Positions 45,284-55,627 of a DNA stretch of 64,000 bases are shown piece after piece. Under the pieces are notes generated by a model that was not told the DNA's origin, did no database searches, and saw only the letters and a list, made by a program, of their open reading frames with translations. The stretch is from a virus. Taxonomy: Duplodnaviria > Heunggongvirae > Uroviricota > Caudoviricetes. Positions within the stretch are counted from its first letter, which is position 1, and the number at the start of each line of letters is the position of its first letter. Both the position numbers and the translations under genes were made by a program. The stretch lies in IMG/VR virus record IMGVR_UViG_3300043105_000137; one strand, 5' to 3'.

Positions 45284-45665
45284 CCAATCTTCGATGTTGA
45301 TGGTCTTAGGTTTTGATCCCCGAACATCAGACTTCTACTATGATGGAAATGTATTAAACATCGGTAATATTTTCACAACAGATGAGGAAGGTTTGCCGAT
45401 TTATGATGAGTCGAAAGATGGAGATCAGCCTGCTTGGTCAGTTGGTGCCTTGATGAACCTCTACCCTAAAACAATCACTGACAAATATGATGAGGACAGT
45501 GCCGACATTTACATGAGTGTCGAGGTCGGAAAAGGAGTACCAGATGTCGTTATCTATTACCTAAACGGAAAAGAGTTCATCAGATTTCATTGCACAAAAG
45601 GTCTGGTAACTGGTTTGGTAGATTGTTTACATTACTTAGCTATTCATTATAATTTCGTACGATGA
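45258..45665 (+). CDS. Hypothetical protein
   Basis: A 135-aa ORF. Confidence 0.4.
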   Translation: MEIQVTTPDQSSMLMVLGFDPRTSDFYYDGNVLNIGNIFTTDEEGLPIYDESKDGDQPAWSVGALMNLYPKTITDKYDEDSADIYMSVEVGKGVPDVVIYYLNGKEFIRFHCTKGLVTGLVDCLHYLAIHYNFVR

Positions 45666-46174
45666 TGGAAAATGATTATCACTTTGGAGATAAATACGTG
45701 GTTGACTATCTTAATGAGTTCCCCGTTAGTGTTAGACATATGATACCTTTGTGGTGTGATGTGTATGGTGCCCTGAGATTTTATAGTATCGAATGTGAAG
45801 ATAGTCTCCGGACAACTGTTAAAATTATAAAATGTAAAACCGATGATGACAGAATCGTGAAGTTCAATTATCGAGGAATTGCCATGGTTGAGATAAGAGG
45901 CAAGAATTATGAACTGAGTGAAGATGTGTGTGGAGATGTGTCCCTCTATCCAAGTAAAGAGAAACTATCATGGTCGGAAGTATATAAACCACAAGACCGA
46001 GCTAAGAAAGGAAACAGGTATTTCTATATTAATGATTGTGGGTTAGTCCGTCAAGAAGAAGAACAACTCACCCCCACTGATTCCTGTCGTTGGCTTTTTG
46101 GAAATTACTTTATGACAGAAGGGGAAGCCGAGAAATCAAACATTTATTTTGCATACCATCCTAAACAAAAATAA
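45662..46174 (+). CDS. Paralog family B member (C-terminal module only)
   Basis: The C-terminus NRYFYINDCGLVRQ...GNYFMTEGEAEKSNIYFAY matches the family-B module. Confidence 0.45.
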   Translation: MMENDYHFGDKYVVDYLNEFPVSVRHMIPLWCDVYGALRFYSIECEDSLRTTVKIIKCKTDDDRIVKFNYRGIAMVEIRGKNYELSEDVCGDVSLYPSKEKLSWSEVYKPQDRAKKGNRYFYINDCGLVRQEEEQLTPTDSCRWLFGNYFMTEGEAEKSNIYFAYHPKQK

Positions 46175-46176
46175 AA

Positions 46177-48321
46177 ATGGCTGAGTATAAAGTAGGAGAT
46201 GTAGTAAGAATTAAGTCCAAGGAATGGTATGAACAACAAAAAGATAATAGTGGTGACATACCGTTTAAGTTTAATTCACAAAACAACAACCTTTATTTTC
46301 TTCGACCCATGAGTGAATATTGTGGGAAGAAAATGACAATCAGTGAAGTGCTAAATAATGGTCTATATCACTTAGCTGAGGATAATGGATATTTTTGTTG
46401 GATAGACCGATTTTTTGATGAATACGTAAAAGAGATGGAATATAAAAAAGGTCAAAAGGTGCGAATCAAATCTATTGAATGGTTCGCTAATCAACCCAAG
46501 GATATTGATGGGGATGTAGTAGCTTATGTTGGTGAAGAAGATGACCATGAGGTTTATTTCACCAAGAAGATGAGTGTGTATTGTGGACAAGTAATGACAA
46601 TTCAACAGGAAGCTGAAGATGGAGGTTATTATCTTAAGGAGGATATGTTGGATTTCATTTGGTCTCCCGCTTTCTTTGACTTAGCTGACGACACGAATTA
46701 CGAAAGATATAAAGTAGGAGATGTTGTCAAGGTAAAGTCCGAGGAATGGTTTGACTTGTTGCCCCACAATAATGAAGGTGATGTTGAGTTCGAGGATGAT
46801 GGAATTCAATATAAATTTCCGGAGAAGATGTATGATTACTGTGGACAAATAATGAAAATCAATGGAGTTAAGTCTGGTGTTTATACTCTTGATGGTGTTG
46901 ATGAGGATTACCTTTGGTCAGACAAGTTTTTTGATTCCGTTGGTGATAAGATTAAAGTGTGTGTAAAGGTAGCCAAGAAATACTCACCCGGTGATAAAGT
47001 AACTATTAAAGATTGGGATTGGTTTTCACGACAGACGAAAGATGAGTGTGGTGGATTTATCAAGGAACGAGGTGGACTAAAATTTTACTTCACCAAGGAC
47101 ATGGCTCAGTATTGTGGAAGGGAAATGACCATCCAAGAAGAAACATACTACACTGATGGAAACTACCGACTGAAGGAAGATGATCTTAATTATGACTGGG
47201 CACCTGATTTCTTTGAAGGGGGTGTTGAAGACATTATCGTTTACCCTCAGTTCAAAATCGGTGACAAGGTAAAGATACATGACAAGGAATGGTTCAATGA
47301 AATGTCCAAGGGAAAATTGTCAGGTTTAGGTGATGTTGTTGTTCCTACTAGAATTGGATATGCTTGTTTTACCCAAGAGATGAAGGAGTATTGTGACCAA
47401 GTAATGACCATCAAAGCAATCGACTGTAATGGTGATTATTTCATGGAGGAAGATAGTCAGTATTTCATTTGGTCTGATGAGTTCTTTGACTTAGTTGATG
47501 AGGATGAGGAAATATTTGATGATGTTGATGACATTGAAGTTGACTGTGATACTAACTCAGCCGTAGATAAACCGGAATTTGAGGTCAAGGAAGAAGTCAA
47601 ACCGAAACATAAAATTGGTGATGTTGTTCGAGTAAAATCCAAGGAATGGTATGATAAATCCGCTAAGACAGAAATAGGAGATATCGCCATCGATCAACCC
47701 TCCGGACATATTTGGTTCTGTAAAAAAATGACTCAGTATTGTGGACAAGAGTTAACAATTACGTCGGTCACAGAACAAGGTAATTATTTCACAAAGGAAG
47801 CCAATGATTATTTGTGGTGTGATGAGTTCTTTGAAGATGATGAAAATCCATTATTCTGGAAAACAACAGGCATCAACATTGCCAAGATATTGAATGGAAC
47901 ACCCAAGGGAACCAAGTTATATTCGCCCTGTTTTGGATATGTAAGATTTGGAAGTATCAGAAAAGTAACTAATGAAACAACCATATCAATCTTCACTAAT
48001 CCGAACATGGAACTGTCATCCAGATTGTTGTTAAATGAAGATGGTACACTCCAAGGATATGAAGATAATGAGTGTATCCTTTTCCCAAGTCACACAGAAC
48101 GAGATTGGTCTAAATATGTTTGTCCAAAGTGGCGAGCTTATGATGGAGAATTTTATTATGTAGATGCTGATGGAATAGTCAGAAGTGAACAAGACTATGG
48201 TGATGAGGAATATGATGTCAAACCAAGAGTAGAAAGACTATATAACTCTGGTAATTATTTCAAGACCGAAGAGGAAGCCAAGTCAAGTAAATTTTATAGA
48301 ATGTTTAACAACGAAAATTAA
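46177..48321 (+). CDS. Family B multi-repeat protein (714 aa)
   Basis: About seven tandem copies of a roughly 95-aa repeat (YKVGDVVRIKSKEWY...YCGxxMTI...G.Y.L.ED..W...FFD) are followed by the family-B C-terminal module (LYSPCFGYV...ECILFPS...DW...FYYVDADGIV...NYFKTEEEAKSSKFY). Confidence 0.55.
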   Translation: MAEYKVGDVVRIKSKEWYEQQKDNSGDIPFKFNSQNNNLYFLRPMSEYCGKKMTISEVLNNGLYHLAEDNGYFCWIDRFFDEYVKEMEYKKGQKVRIKSIEWFANQPKDIDGDVVAYVGEEDDHEVYFTKKMSVYCGQVMTIQQEAEDGGYYLKEDMLDFIWSPAFFDLADDTNYERYKVGDVVKVKSEEWFDLLPHNNEGDVEFEDDGIQYKFPEKMYDYCGQIMKINGVKSGVYTLDGVDEDYLWSDKFFDSVGDKIKVCVKVAKKYSPGDKVTIKDWDWFSRQTKDECGGFIKERGGLKFYFTKDMAQYCGREMTIQEETYYTDGNYRLKEDDLNYDWAPDFFEGGVEDIIVYPQFKIGDKVKIHDKEWFNEMSKGKLSGLGDVVVPTRIGYACFTQEMKEYCDQVMTIKAIDCNGDYFMEEDSQYFIWSDEFFDLVDEDEEIFDDVDDIEVDCDTNSAVDKPEFEVKEEVKPKHKIGDVVRVKSKEWYDKSAKTEIGDIAIDQPSGHIWFCKKMTQYCGQELTITSVTEQGNYFTKEANDYLWCDEFFEDDENPLFWKTTGINIAKILNGTPKGTKLYSPCFGYVRFGSIRKVTNETTISIFTNPNMELSSRLLLNEDGTLQGYEDNECILFPSHTERDWSKYVCPKWRAYDGEFYYVDADGIVRSEQDYGDEEYDVKPRVERLYNSGNYFKTEEEAKSSKFYRMFNNEN

Positions 48322-48328
48322 TCGTACG

Positions 48329-48820
48329 ATGAGTTTGAAATTACAAGTGAATAGTTTGGAAGCCCTCGAAAAGTTAATTGAAGGTGATGGGGAATTGGAA
48401 GTCCAGATAAAGGAAACAGTCCTCAACAAATTGGCGAACTCCTACATCAAGAAAATCGAAAATGAGGAAGTTGTCAATAAAGTGAAAGACATCATTGAAG
48501 GTTCTGTATATGATGAGAAACGATGGAATGGATATGTGAAAGACCATCTGGGAAAGGAAGTGGTCGAGAAGATTAGACAACAGACAAAAGATGAGGTTGA
48601 CCGTTTGATTGGGAATGAGATATATCAGATGCAAAACAATCTACTGTCTGTCATTAAGAAAGAATGTAAGAGATATGTTGACCAAATTTTCCCGATAGTG
48701 ATGGCTCAGGAATTTTCACGACAGGTTAGAAAGGCCGTAGATGGTGTTGTAAAGGAGGCCACTGAAAAAGCGAGGTCATCAGAAAACCCCAACGACAAAA
48801 ACATCCAGTTCTTTGAATGA
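48329..48820 (+). CDS. Hypothetical coiled-coil protein
   Basis: A 163-aa ORF. Confidence 0.45.
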   Translation: MSLKLQVNSLEALEKLIEGDGELEVQIKETVLNKLANSYIKKIENEEVVNKVKDIIEGSVYDEKRWNGYVKDHLGKEVVEKIRQQTKDEVDRLIGNEIYQMQNNLLSVIKKECKRYVDQIFPIVMAQEFSRQVRKAVDGVVKEATEKARSSENPNDKNIQFFE

Positions 48821-48835
48821 CGAAAATAAATCGTA

Positions 48836-48877
48836 GACTGTGCTAATGAAATTTTTAACATTTTTTTTAGCACAGTT
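48836..48877 (+). terminator. Perfect 10-bp hairpin overlapping the promoter -33 region
   Basis: The arms are actgtgctaa...ttagcacagt with a T-rich loop, followed by ttatttgg. Confidence 0.4.
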
Positions 48878-48920
48878 TATTTGGATATGTTGAAAAAAAC
48901 CAGTAACTTTGTAGTGTAAA
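48865..48920 (+). promoter_or_regulatory. Class-1 promoter
   Basis: The sequence is tatTTGGat...TAacTTTGtagtgtaa plus the leader AAAACAAAGTTAAACCCCAATAAAAC. Confidence 0.55.
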
Positions 48921-48960
48921 TAAAAAACAAAGTTAAACCCCAATAAAACAAAAAAAAATT

Positions 48961-49485
48961 ATGGTACTTTCACATTCTCAAATCGAAGGATTATTAAGTT
49001 GTATGATTGATGAAAAGGTCATATACCCCGGTGAATCATTCAAATCATTATCCAAAAAAAATGGTCGAAGTAATGCGGTCTTAAAACTATGTGAACTTCT
49101 GGACTATTTCTGGAGTGTTGATATGGATGAGGACAAAAGACTTACCGAAAATAATAAACACAAATGGATGGTTGAAAGGTTTCAGGCTGTGTCTGCTGAA
49201 TATGGAAATTTTATTAAGGCACATAAATGTTGGTGGCATGATAATTTTACATATACATACATAAATGACAACTTTTTTGTTCCATTTGACATATTCCCCT
49301 ACCAGACACGTTTAGATGATACGAAAAATATCGCTACATTGATTGATGTACTTTCCGAAGATCCTATTACCCAACCAATGTTTTGTGGTTCATCCAACAT
49401 TAAAAAATGGATGACTAACAAACTGGTTACTAATTTTAAAGAGAAGAAAAGATTTTGGGAAGTCGAAGGAGCTCGTGCAAACTAA
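48961..49485 (+). CDS. Hypothetical protein
   Basis: A 174-aa ORF. Confidence 0.45.
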   Translation: MVLSHSQIEGLLSCMIDEKVIYPGESFKSLSKKNGRSNAVLKLCELLDYFWSVDMDEDKRLTENNKHKWMVERFQAVSAEYGNFIKAHKCWWHDNFTYTYINDNFFVPFDIFPYQTRLDDTKNIATLIDVLSEDPITQPMFCGSSNIKKWMTNKLVTNFKEKKRFWEVEGARAN

Positions 49486-49503
49486 TTAAAGGTCAGTTCT
49501 GTT

Positions 49504-49716
49504 ATGAAAAATGATAAAACATTGTCTGGTGATGTGACAATGGACAGTATCAAAATTAAATTCCTGCAACTAAAAAACCCAAAATCCATTATTGACCGTC
49601 TGGGACATTATGACAAAGAGAAAAGTCACAGTAGGAATTGTCTCGATTTCCTTAATGAGATGGAGGACAACAATAGAATGGTTGAGTTGTTGGAAGAAAT
49701 AAAGAAAGCTGAGTGA
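49504..49716 (+). CDS. Hypothetical protein
   Basis: A 70-aa ORF. Confidence 0.35.
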   Translation: MKNDKTLSGDVTMDSIKIKFLQLKNPKSIIDRLGHYDKEKSHSRNCLDFLNEMEDNNRMVELLEEIKKAE

Positions 49717-49738
49717 CACAACTAAAATAAACAATCAA

Positions 49739-50389
49739 ATGAGCAATCAAGTAATGAAAAAGTTGGCCATAAGGATACTGAATAATTCTTTCTTTGGCAG
49801 TCAGGTTAATCTATATCGAGTAGACAAAGAGGGAATCGCTTGCTTTATCGCCAACACAATCAAACAAAAGGAATATGAAGAACAGACCATGACATTTGAA
49901 GAATATGGTCTGACATATGACTTCCGGAGACCGATACATGACTTAATGGTTGTGATTGATTTCATTGACAGTTTTGATGAGACATTGAGTATAGATGACA
50001 TTACCCACAAGAATGGTTTACCCAAGGCGGTGGAAGTATTTAGTTATCTTATGGAACTTCATTCTACTGAAAATGGTGTCCGAGGTGAAGTGAGCGAGAA
50101 TGATCCGTTGAGGTCGGAATGGCGAACTTTTGAAGATGAGTTACCTGAGTTGCTCGAGAAGCATCAAGGCAAGGAAACCGAATTAGTATCTGGTTGTTCA
50201 GTGATAAATTTCGCACGATTGATGGATTTATTGACAGAGGTTCAATTTGGTTTGACTAAGTTGAAATTCCATGATGAGGGTGTGAATGCTAAGATGAAAC
50301 ACTTGGCCAACAAATTCAACATCCTGAGAATAAAAACCGACAGGGACTATGCAACAATCCCACGTGAATTAATAGAAGGAACATTATAA
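49739..50389 (+). CDS. Hypothetical protein
   Basis: A 216-aa ORF. Confidence 0.45.
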   Translation: MSNQVMKKLAIRILNNSFFGSQVNLYRVDKEGIACFIANTIKQKEYEEQTMTFEEYGLTYDFRRPIHDLMVVIDFIDSFDETLSIDDITHKNGLPKAVEVFSYLMELHSTENGVRGEVSENDPLRSEWRTFEDELPELLEKHQGKETELVSGCSVINFARLMDLLTEVQFGLTKLKFHDEGVNAKMKHLANKFNILRIKTDRDYATIPRELIEGTL

Positions 50390-50401
50390 AAAATACAAGT
50401 T

Positions 50402-50860
50402 ATGAGAAATATACGTTTTCGTGGTAAGACAATGGACAAGCAGTGGGTTCATGGTTATCCCAGTAAAAATGTGTATCAAGACAAGACACAGATTATTGTA
50501 GGAAACCAGAATCACCTTGTTGATGAGAAAACAGTTGACCAATGGACTGGTTTGAATGACATCAATGGTGAGCCGATTTATGAGAATGACATCGTAGAGA
50601 GTATATTCAAATATGATGCTGTTTGTAATGGAGGTGTAATTCCAGATAATGATGCAACCGTCTGGGGTATTGTGAAATTTATAGATTTCAAGTTCGTTGT
50701 GATGATTATTAAGTCTGACAATCCTAAGTTGTTTGAAGATTTGGAATATTTGGACATAGTAGATTATGATGGGTGTTATGAGCCTGAGACATGGGAGGTA
50801 CTTGGAAACACGCATGATGACAATAAGATTTTAATTGAACTAAACGAAAATAAATCGTAA
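50402..50860 (+). CDS. YopX-family phage protein
   Basis: The segment RFRGK...QWTGLNDINGEPIYENDIV matches the YopX signature (FR.W......tGLkDknG.eIYEGDIv). Confidence 0.55.
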   Translation: MRNIRFRGKTMDKQWVHGYPSKNVYQDKTQIIVGNQNHLVDEKTVDQWTGLNDINGEPIYENDIVESIFKYDAVCNGGVIPDNDATVWGIVKFIDFKFVVMIIKSDNPKLFEDLEYLDIVDYDGCYEPETWEVLGNTHDDNKILIELNENKS

Positions 50861-50862
50861 TC

Positions 50863-50998
50863 ATGAAAAAAATCCGACTTGAAGATGCTCTGAAAGATGA
50901 GTATGGTGAAGATGACCTTTCAGATGTAATGGAAATCTTGAACCGTTTCGCTGATGATAAAATTGGCTCAGAAATCGACTTTGACTATGACCTTTAAC
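50863..50998 (+). CDS. Small acidic hypothetical protein (45 aa)
   Basis: The sequence begins MKKIRLEDALKDEYGEDDLSDVMEILNRFADDK... and falls below the track cutoff. Confidence 0.3.
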
Positions 50999-51008
50999 AA
51001 TTAGTGTC

Positions 51009-51725
51009 ATGAAATTTAACATTGGTGAGAAAGTTAGAGTAAAGTCCCACAAATGGTATGTTGAGATGTACCATAACAATATACTGAAATCGAAAGAGAA
51101 GTATATTGGTCAGGTTGTCACTATCGCACGAATTACCGACTGGGGTTATACTATTGTTGAAGATGAGGGTGTTAATGACTGGATGGAATGTGAGTTCGAC
51201 TTGTATGAGTTCGACCTGAGTGTTATCTTGGCTTATGCGAAAGGGACAATCTTGTGGTCTCCGGTCTTTGGGTATGTTGAACTCGTAGATGTACATAAGG
51301 ATACGATAGGTCTTCGTGTGGTGAATAAACAAACCATCATTGAAATTGACAAGTCTGGGCGGTGGCGAGATAACATACCCGGAGAGTGTATTCTGTGGCC
51401 AAGTGAAAAGTGCCGGGATTGGAGTGAGTTTGTGATTCCGAATAAACCTTGGAAAGCGAAGCGACATGACTTTTATTACTATGTGGATTCCGATGGTGAT
51501 ATTAAACATGACATTGAACAGGGAAAGAAATTGGAGTTCACACGTTGGAGGGTTCACAATTATTTTCCCACTATAGATGAAGCTCGGAAGTCAGACATTT
51601 ACAAGGGATTTCATGTCAATGCTCCCAATGATGAGGATTTGATTATAAAATACCAGACATCAATGGAATCACATCCGGGTTGTTTTGATGATTTGTTGTT
51701 TGGTTCTGACGATGACGAAAAATAA
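51009..51725 (+). CDS. Paralog family B member
   Basis: One N-terminal repeat (IGEKVRVKSHKWY...IGQVVTI) is followed by the C-terminal module (ILWSPVFGYVEL...GECILWPSEKCRDW...FYYYVDSDGDI...NYFPTIDEARKSDIY). Confidence 0.5.
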   Translation: MKFNIGEKVRVKSHKWYVEMYHNNILKSKEKYIGQVVTIARITDWGYTIVEDEGVNDWMECEFDLYEFDLSVILAYAKGTILWSPVFGYVELVDVHKDTIGLRVVNKQTIIEIDKSGRWRDNIPGECILWPSEKCRDWSEFVIPNKPWKAKRHDFYYYVDSDGDIKHDIEQGKKLEFTRWRVHNYFPTIDEARKSDIYKGFHVNAPNDEDLIIKYQTSMESHPGCFDDLLFGSDDDEK

Positions 51726-51759
51726 TCGTAAATCAGTAATCAGAAATTGTTAACATTAA

Positions 51760-51812
51760 TTAGCTGTTTTTATTTGGAGAAGTCAGAAAAAACCAGTAAC
51801 TTTGTAGTGTAA
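51760..51812 (+). promoter_or_regulatory. Class-1 promoter, TTAGCTGTTTTTATTTGGAG subtype
   Basis: The cassette is near-identical to 44178 and 58803 and carries the leader AAACAAAGTTAAACCCAATAAAAC. Confidence 0.55.
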
Positions 51813-51849
51813 ATAAAAAACAAAGTTAAACCCAATAAAACAAGAAACA

Positions 51850-52524
51850 ATGAAAAAAGTCAACAATCAATATAGAGTTAAATCCCTTCAGTGGTATGAC
51901 AGTCTCTACAATGGACAATTCAATGGACATATCTCTTTTGATGATGGTAATACGTTTTTCAGGGACATGCAACGGTACTGTGGTCAAATAGTCACTGTTC
52001 GAGAAACCTTTAAAGATGGCACATTTACAGTTGATGAGGATGGTGGATGTTATAGATGGACTGAGGAAATGATGGAAGATGAATTCCTCCCCGCTAACAT
52101 ATATGACATTCTAAAACATGCTAAGAAAGGTTATGTTCTCTATTGTCCTCTTTATGGTGGTAAGGTAAAACTGGAAAATGTGAATGAGGACAAAACCATC
52201 ACTGTTCTGACATCAGATGGAGAAGAAGCAACATTCAATGAGTATGGTCAAGTCACCTTCAATGGAAAAGTGATTGGAACTCAGCCTTGTTTATTCCCAG
52301 ACTCAAAAACAAACACTTGGGAGAATTTCCTTGGTTTCCACAGAAGTGAGCGATATGAAGAGGCAGAATATTACTTCATCGACCAGTACGGAACAATACA
52401 AGGAACAGTAGATAAAACAACAGAACGTGACATTCTCCGTTATGAGGCTTTCAATTATTTCTTCACGAGAGCTGAGGCCTTCCGTAGTGACATTTACCAA
52501 GCATACCATAAACTTCACTATTAA
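51850..52524 (+). CDS. Paralog family B member
   Basis: Carries the N-terminal repeat YRVKSLQWY...YCGQIVTV and the C-terminal module VLYCPLYGG...FYFIDQYGTI...NYFFTRAEAFRSDIY. Confidence 0.5.
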   Translation: MKKVNNQYRVKSLQWYDSLYNGQFNGHISFDDGNTFFRDMQRYCGQIVTVRETFKDGTFTVDEDGGCYRWTEEMMEDEFLPANIYDILKHAKKGYVLYCPLYGGKVKLENVNEDKTITVLTSDGEEATFNEYGQVTFNGKVIGTQPCLFPDSKTNTWENFLGFHRSERYEEAEYYFIDQYGTIQGTVDKTTERDILRYEAFNYFFTRAEAFRSDIYQAYHKLHY

Positions 52525-52564
52525 TTACGAAAACAAATCATCTAATCAGTAAAAAGAAAACGAT

Positions 52565-53242
52565 ATGAATTACAAAGTAGGTGATAGAGTAGTGGTCAAA
52601 TCAAAAAATTGGTATGACACTAAGAAATTCCTGAATGTAGGTGTCACTTGTGGTGCTTATATTTTCACTCCTGACATGGTTAAATTTTGTGACCAGACTG
52701 TAACTATCTCTGATGTGATTGATGACAGTTATTTGATTGATGAGGATGGGGGTGGAAATGTTTGGCGAGATGAGATGTTCGCTGGCTTTGAACCTGTTAA
52801 TATCTTCCAAACAATCTACCGAAACATCAAGGACTATGATTACTTGTGGTGTAATTTTCTTGGCACAGTTTACGTAGAAATGTTGAACCCGGATACTCAG
52901 ACCATACGAGTTCTCAAAAACATGCAGAGTTATGAGTTCAACAGATATGGACAGTTTAATTGTGAACCCAACCATGACAACACTCCACTTCATGTTCCCG
53001 TTTCACTTTTCCCTAATGAAGATGTGAAATCATGGAAAGAACTGGAAGTAGTTGATGAGTGGCCGAGAAAGGACTTTGGATTTTCATATTTCTTTGTTGA
53101 TGAGGTTGGACATATTCAAGTGACCAAGGATTTTCACACCGACGTAGATGACATGAGGTATAAAATCCACAACTATTTTATTAATGAACGAGATGCGAAA
53201 GGAAGTAAATTCTGGCGTATCTATCGAGAAAGGGAAAGTTAA
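52565..53242 (+). CDS. Paralog family B member
   Basis: Carries the N-terminal repeat YKVGDRVVVKSKNWY...FCDQTVTI and the C-terminal module ...FFVDEVGHI...NYFINERDAKGSKFW. Confidence 0.5.
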   Translation: MNYKVGDRVVVKSKNWYDTKKFLNVGVTCGAYIFTPDMVKFCDQTVTISDVIDDSYLIDEDGGGNVWRDEMFAGFEPVNIFQTIYRNIKDYDYLWCNFLGTVYVEMLNPDTQTIRVLKNMQSYEFNRYGQFNCEPNHDNTPLHVPVSLFPNEDVKSWKELEVVDEWPRKDFGFSYFFVDEVGHIQVTKDFHTDVDDMRYKIHNYFINERDAKGSKFWRIYRERES

Positions 53243-53244
53243 AG

Positions 53245-53877
53245 ATGGCTAAATATACGAAATACGATAAAGTTCGTGTGAGTCTCGGTCAGTTCAATTC
53301 ATCAGCTAAAATTATATCTGGAATGGAACAGTTCATAGATGAGGTCATGACTGTTTGTGATGTGAACCCAGATGGAAGTTACCAGATGTATGAAGATGAT
53401 GGAAGGTTCAAATGGTATGATGATTTCCTGATTGAAGAAAGCCGGGTGGACATAAACCACATCCTGAGATATTTCAAAGAAGGGACAATCTTGTATTCAC
53501 CAGCTTATGGATTTGTGGAACTAAAGAATGTAATGGACACTGGTGAGATTTTGGTTTGGGAGGTAGATTCCGAAATAGATATCCGAGCTCACATATTCGA
53601 CAGGTTTGGAAGACTCGACGGAAGTCCCGCTGGTGAATGTCTCCTGTTTCCAGATGCGTACCAGAGAGATTGGACAAAACTGAAAAACATCCCTACAGGT
53701 TGGCGTGCTGAGATAAATCAATCTTACTACTATGTGAATGATATTGGTGATATTGTTTATGTTCGAGATTGTGACAGTTACCAAGACCGACAGAGATATG
53801 TTATTCACAACTATTTTCGCACGAGAGAATTCGCAGAAGATAGTGAATTGTATAAACTATTAAATACGGAACAATGA
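53245..53877 (+). CDS. Paralog family B member
   Basis: Carries the C-terminal module ILYSPAYGFVEL...GECLLFPDAYQRDW...YYYVNDIGDI...NYFRTREFAEDSELY. Confidence 0.5.
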   Translation: MAKYTKYDKVRVSLGQFNSSAKIISGMEQFIDEVMTVCDVNPDGSYQMYEDDGRFKWYDDFLIEESRVDINHILRYFKEGTILYSPAYGFVELKNVMDTGEILVWEVDSEIDIRAHIFDRFGRLDGSPAGECLLFPDAYQRDWTKLKNIPTGWRAEINQSYYYVNDIGDIVYVRDCDSYQDRQRYVIHNYFRTREFAEDSELYKLLNTEQ

Positions 53878-54176
53878 GTATAGTGACCAATGTACCTCTT
53901 GGTGTCGGTCAAAGGCAGAATTACAACTATCAGATTTATGAGCTAATCAAATCCAACAGTGTGATTCAAAACCGAGCCGACGAAATCAAGACATTAATTG
54001 AAGAATACCCAAGTCAAAGGTTCGCTCAGTTAATCTGCAATTATATTTGTCCTGATTACCGTAGCCCTGAACCAAGTGTAGAAACCAAGTTAATCATGGA
54101 TGCTTTCTTTCCGGACTTCAGTGATCCGTTTTTTGAAGAAAGTTACCAGACCTATAATCGACTAAAACATGAGTAA
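53874..54176 (+). CDS. Hypothetical protein
   Basis: A 100-aa ORF. Confidence 0.4.
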   Translation: MSIVTNVPLGVGQRQNYNYQIYELIKSNSVIQNRADEIKTLIEEYPSQRFAQLICNYICPDYRSPEPSVETKLIMDAFFPDFSDPFFEESYQTYNRLKHE

Positions 54177-54645
54177 ATTCAATCTATTCGACACTTTACA
54201 TAGCCGAGATGAACTCCGGTGGTTTCCTACGTTGTTTTGGAGTCCTCTTTATGGTGATATGTACTTCCAGAGTTTTTTAGAGTACCGCCGGCTTCAGTTC
54301 AAGGTCTTAGATGGAGATGAGGTTGTCTTTGATGAATTTGGTCGACCTGTTGATTTTCCTAATAGTGAGCTGATGATATTTCCTAACAAGAGACAACAGG
54401 ATTGGTCAAAATGGTCAGACAAGATTCCTCTGAGGTGGCGAGGTGACGAAGGGGACACTTACTACTACATTGATGAGGTTGGAACGATTCGGGAGGACAC
54501 TGAGATGGACACTACTAAAGACCAAACTCGATGGATGATATGTAATTATTTCCAGACGAAAGAAATCGCACGGTCAACTCCACTATTCCAATCCTACCAA
54601 GTTTTATTATCTGCAATGGAACGACATCAAAAACCGGAAGAATGA
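54169..54645 (+). CDS. Paralog family B member (C-terminal module only)
   Basis: Carries ...MIFPNKRQQDW...TYYYIDEVGTI...NYFQTKEIARSTPLF. Confidence 0.45.
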   Translation: MSKFNLFDTLHSRDELRWFPTLFWSPLYGDMYFQSFLEYRRLQFKVLDGDEVVFDEFGRPVDFPNSELMIFPNKRQQDWSKWSDKIPLRWRGDEGDTYYYIDEVGTIREDTEMDTTKDQTRWMICNYFQTKEIARSTPLFQSYQVLLSAMERHQKPEE

Positions 54646-54875
54646 AATTTTATGTAGCTCGTGATGGAAATGATGTCCTTCACTTATTCAAATCAAAACC
54701 AGCTCGTCATAACCACTATAAAATCTGGTGTGGTCGAGGAGATGTGTTCCAAATTGACTCAGCACTTTGGCCAGATTTAAGATGGATAGATGAGGCACTA
54801 CCGATAGAGATAACTCAATTTCCTGATCCAACCAGAAAGGAATATCAAATTAAACCAAAATATGACATCGAATAA
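54642..54875 (+). CDS. Hypothetical protein
   Basis: A 77-aa ORF. Confidence 0.35.
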   Translation: MKFYVARDGNDVLHLFKSKPARHNHYKIWCGRGDVFQIDSALWPDLRWIDEALPIEITQFPDPTRKEYQIKPKYDIE

Positions 54876-55335
54876 AACAGTAACAACCATCAAACAGTCA
54901 TCAATTCTTCTCGACTGTGGAATTAATCCTGACTCAGCTGACCATCATTGGATATTCAAAGACATGGAGGGAAACTTCATTACGAAAAACGAATATGAAG
55001 AAAGATTTGAAAATAATGAGTATGGTCTACAACGTGAACTACTACCGAACTCAGACACGGATCCAGACATCATGTATCCTGCTTGGTCTCTCTGGTCACT
55101 GATAGATGCACTGAGAATCAACCCCAGTAAATATGAGTTGACCATAATCGTGTACCAAAATCATGAAGTTGACATTACTCTGACACTTAAAGAAACTCTG
55201 GAAGTCATTTTCCATAAATCTGGTGATCCTTTAGATGTTCTGGTTAAGTTAGTTGTCTTGGCCAAGTTTTCAACCTACTGTGAGGGACAACCCACTCTAC
55301 AGGAATTTGTTGATGGATGGGACTCAGCTCAGTAA
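54862..55335 (+). CDS. Hypothetical protein
   Basis: A 157-aa ORF. Confidence 0.45.
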   Translation: MTSNKTVTTIKQSSILLDCGINPDSADHHWIFKDMEGNFITKNEYEERFENNEYGLQRELLPNSDTDPDIMYPAWSLWSLIDALRINPSKYELTIIVYQNHEVDITLTLKETLEVIFHKSGDPLDVLVKLVVLAKFSTYCEGQPTLQEFVDGWDSAQ

Positions 55336-55372
55336 ACATAGATAGTTAAACAATATAAAAATTAGTTAAATT

Positions 55373-55627
55373 ATGATGCCTGATTTTATTACAATTTACC
55401 GTTACGACAAGAAAAAATACTACACCATCTCTATCTTCAAACATAAGGTAGGAGGTAAGTATTCATTCCTCAACATTACTAAGCAACATATCTGCCCTTG
55501 TGAGTTTGACACTTATGAGGATGCTATGAATGAGTTGAAAGAAAAGGAGCAGAAAGGTGAACTCAAAATCATGTCTACTTGGCAACCAGAAGTCCCAGTT
55601 GAAGATGGAATTGATAATGAATGGTAA
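55373..55627 (+). CDS. Hypothetical protein
   Basis: An 84-aa ORF. Confidence 0.4.
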   Translation: MMPDFITIYRYDKKKYYTISIFKHKVGGKYSFLNITKQHICPCEFDTYEDAMNELKEKEQKGELKIMSTWQPEVPVEDGIDNEW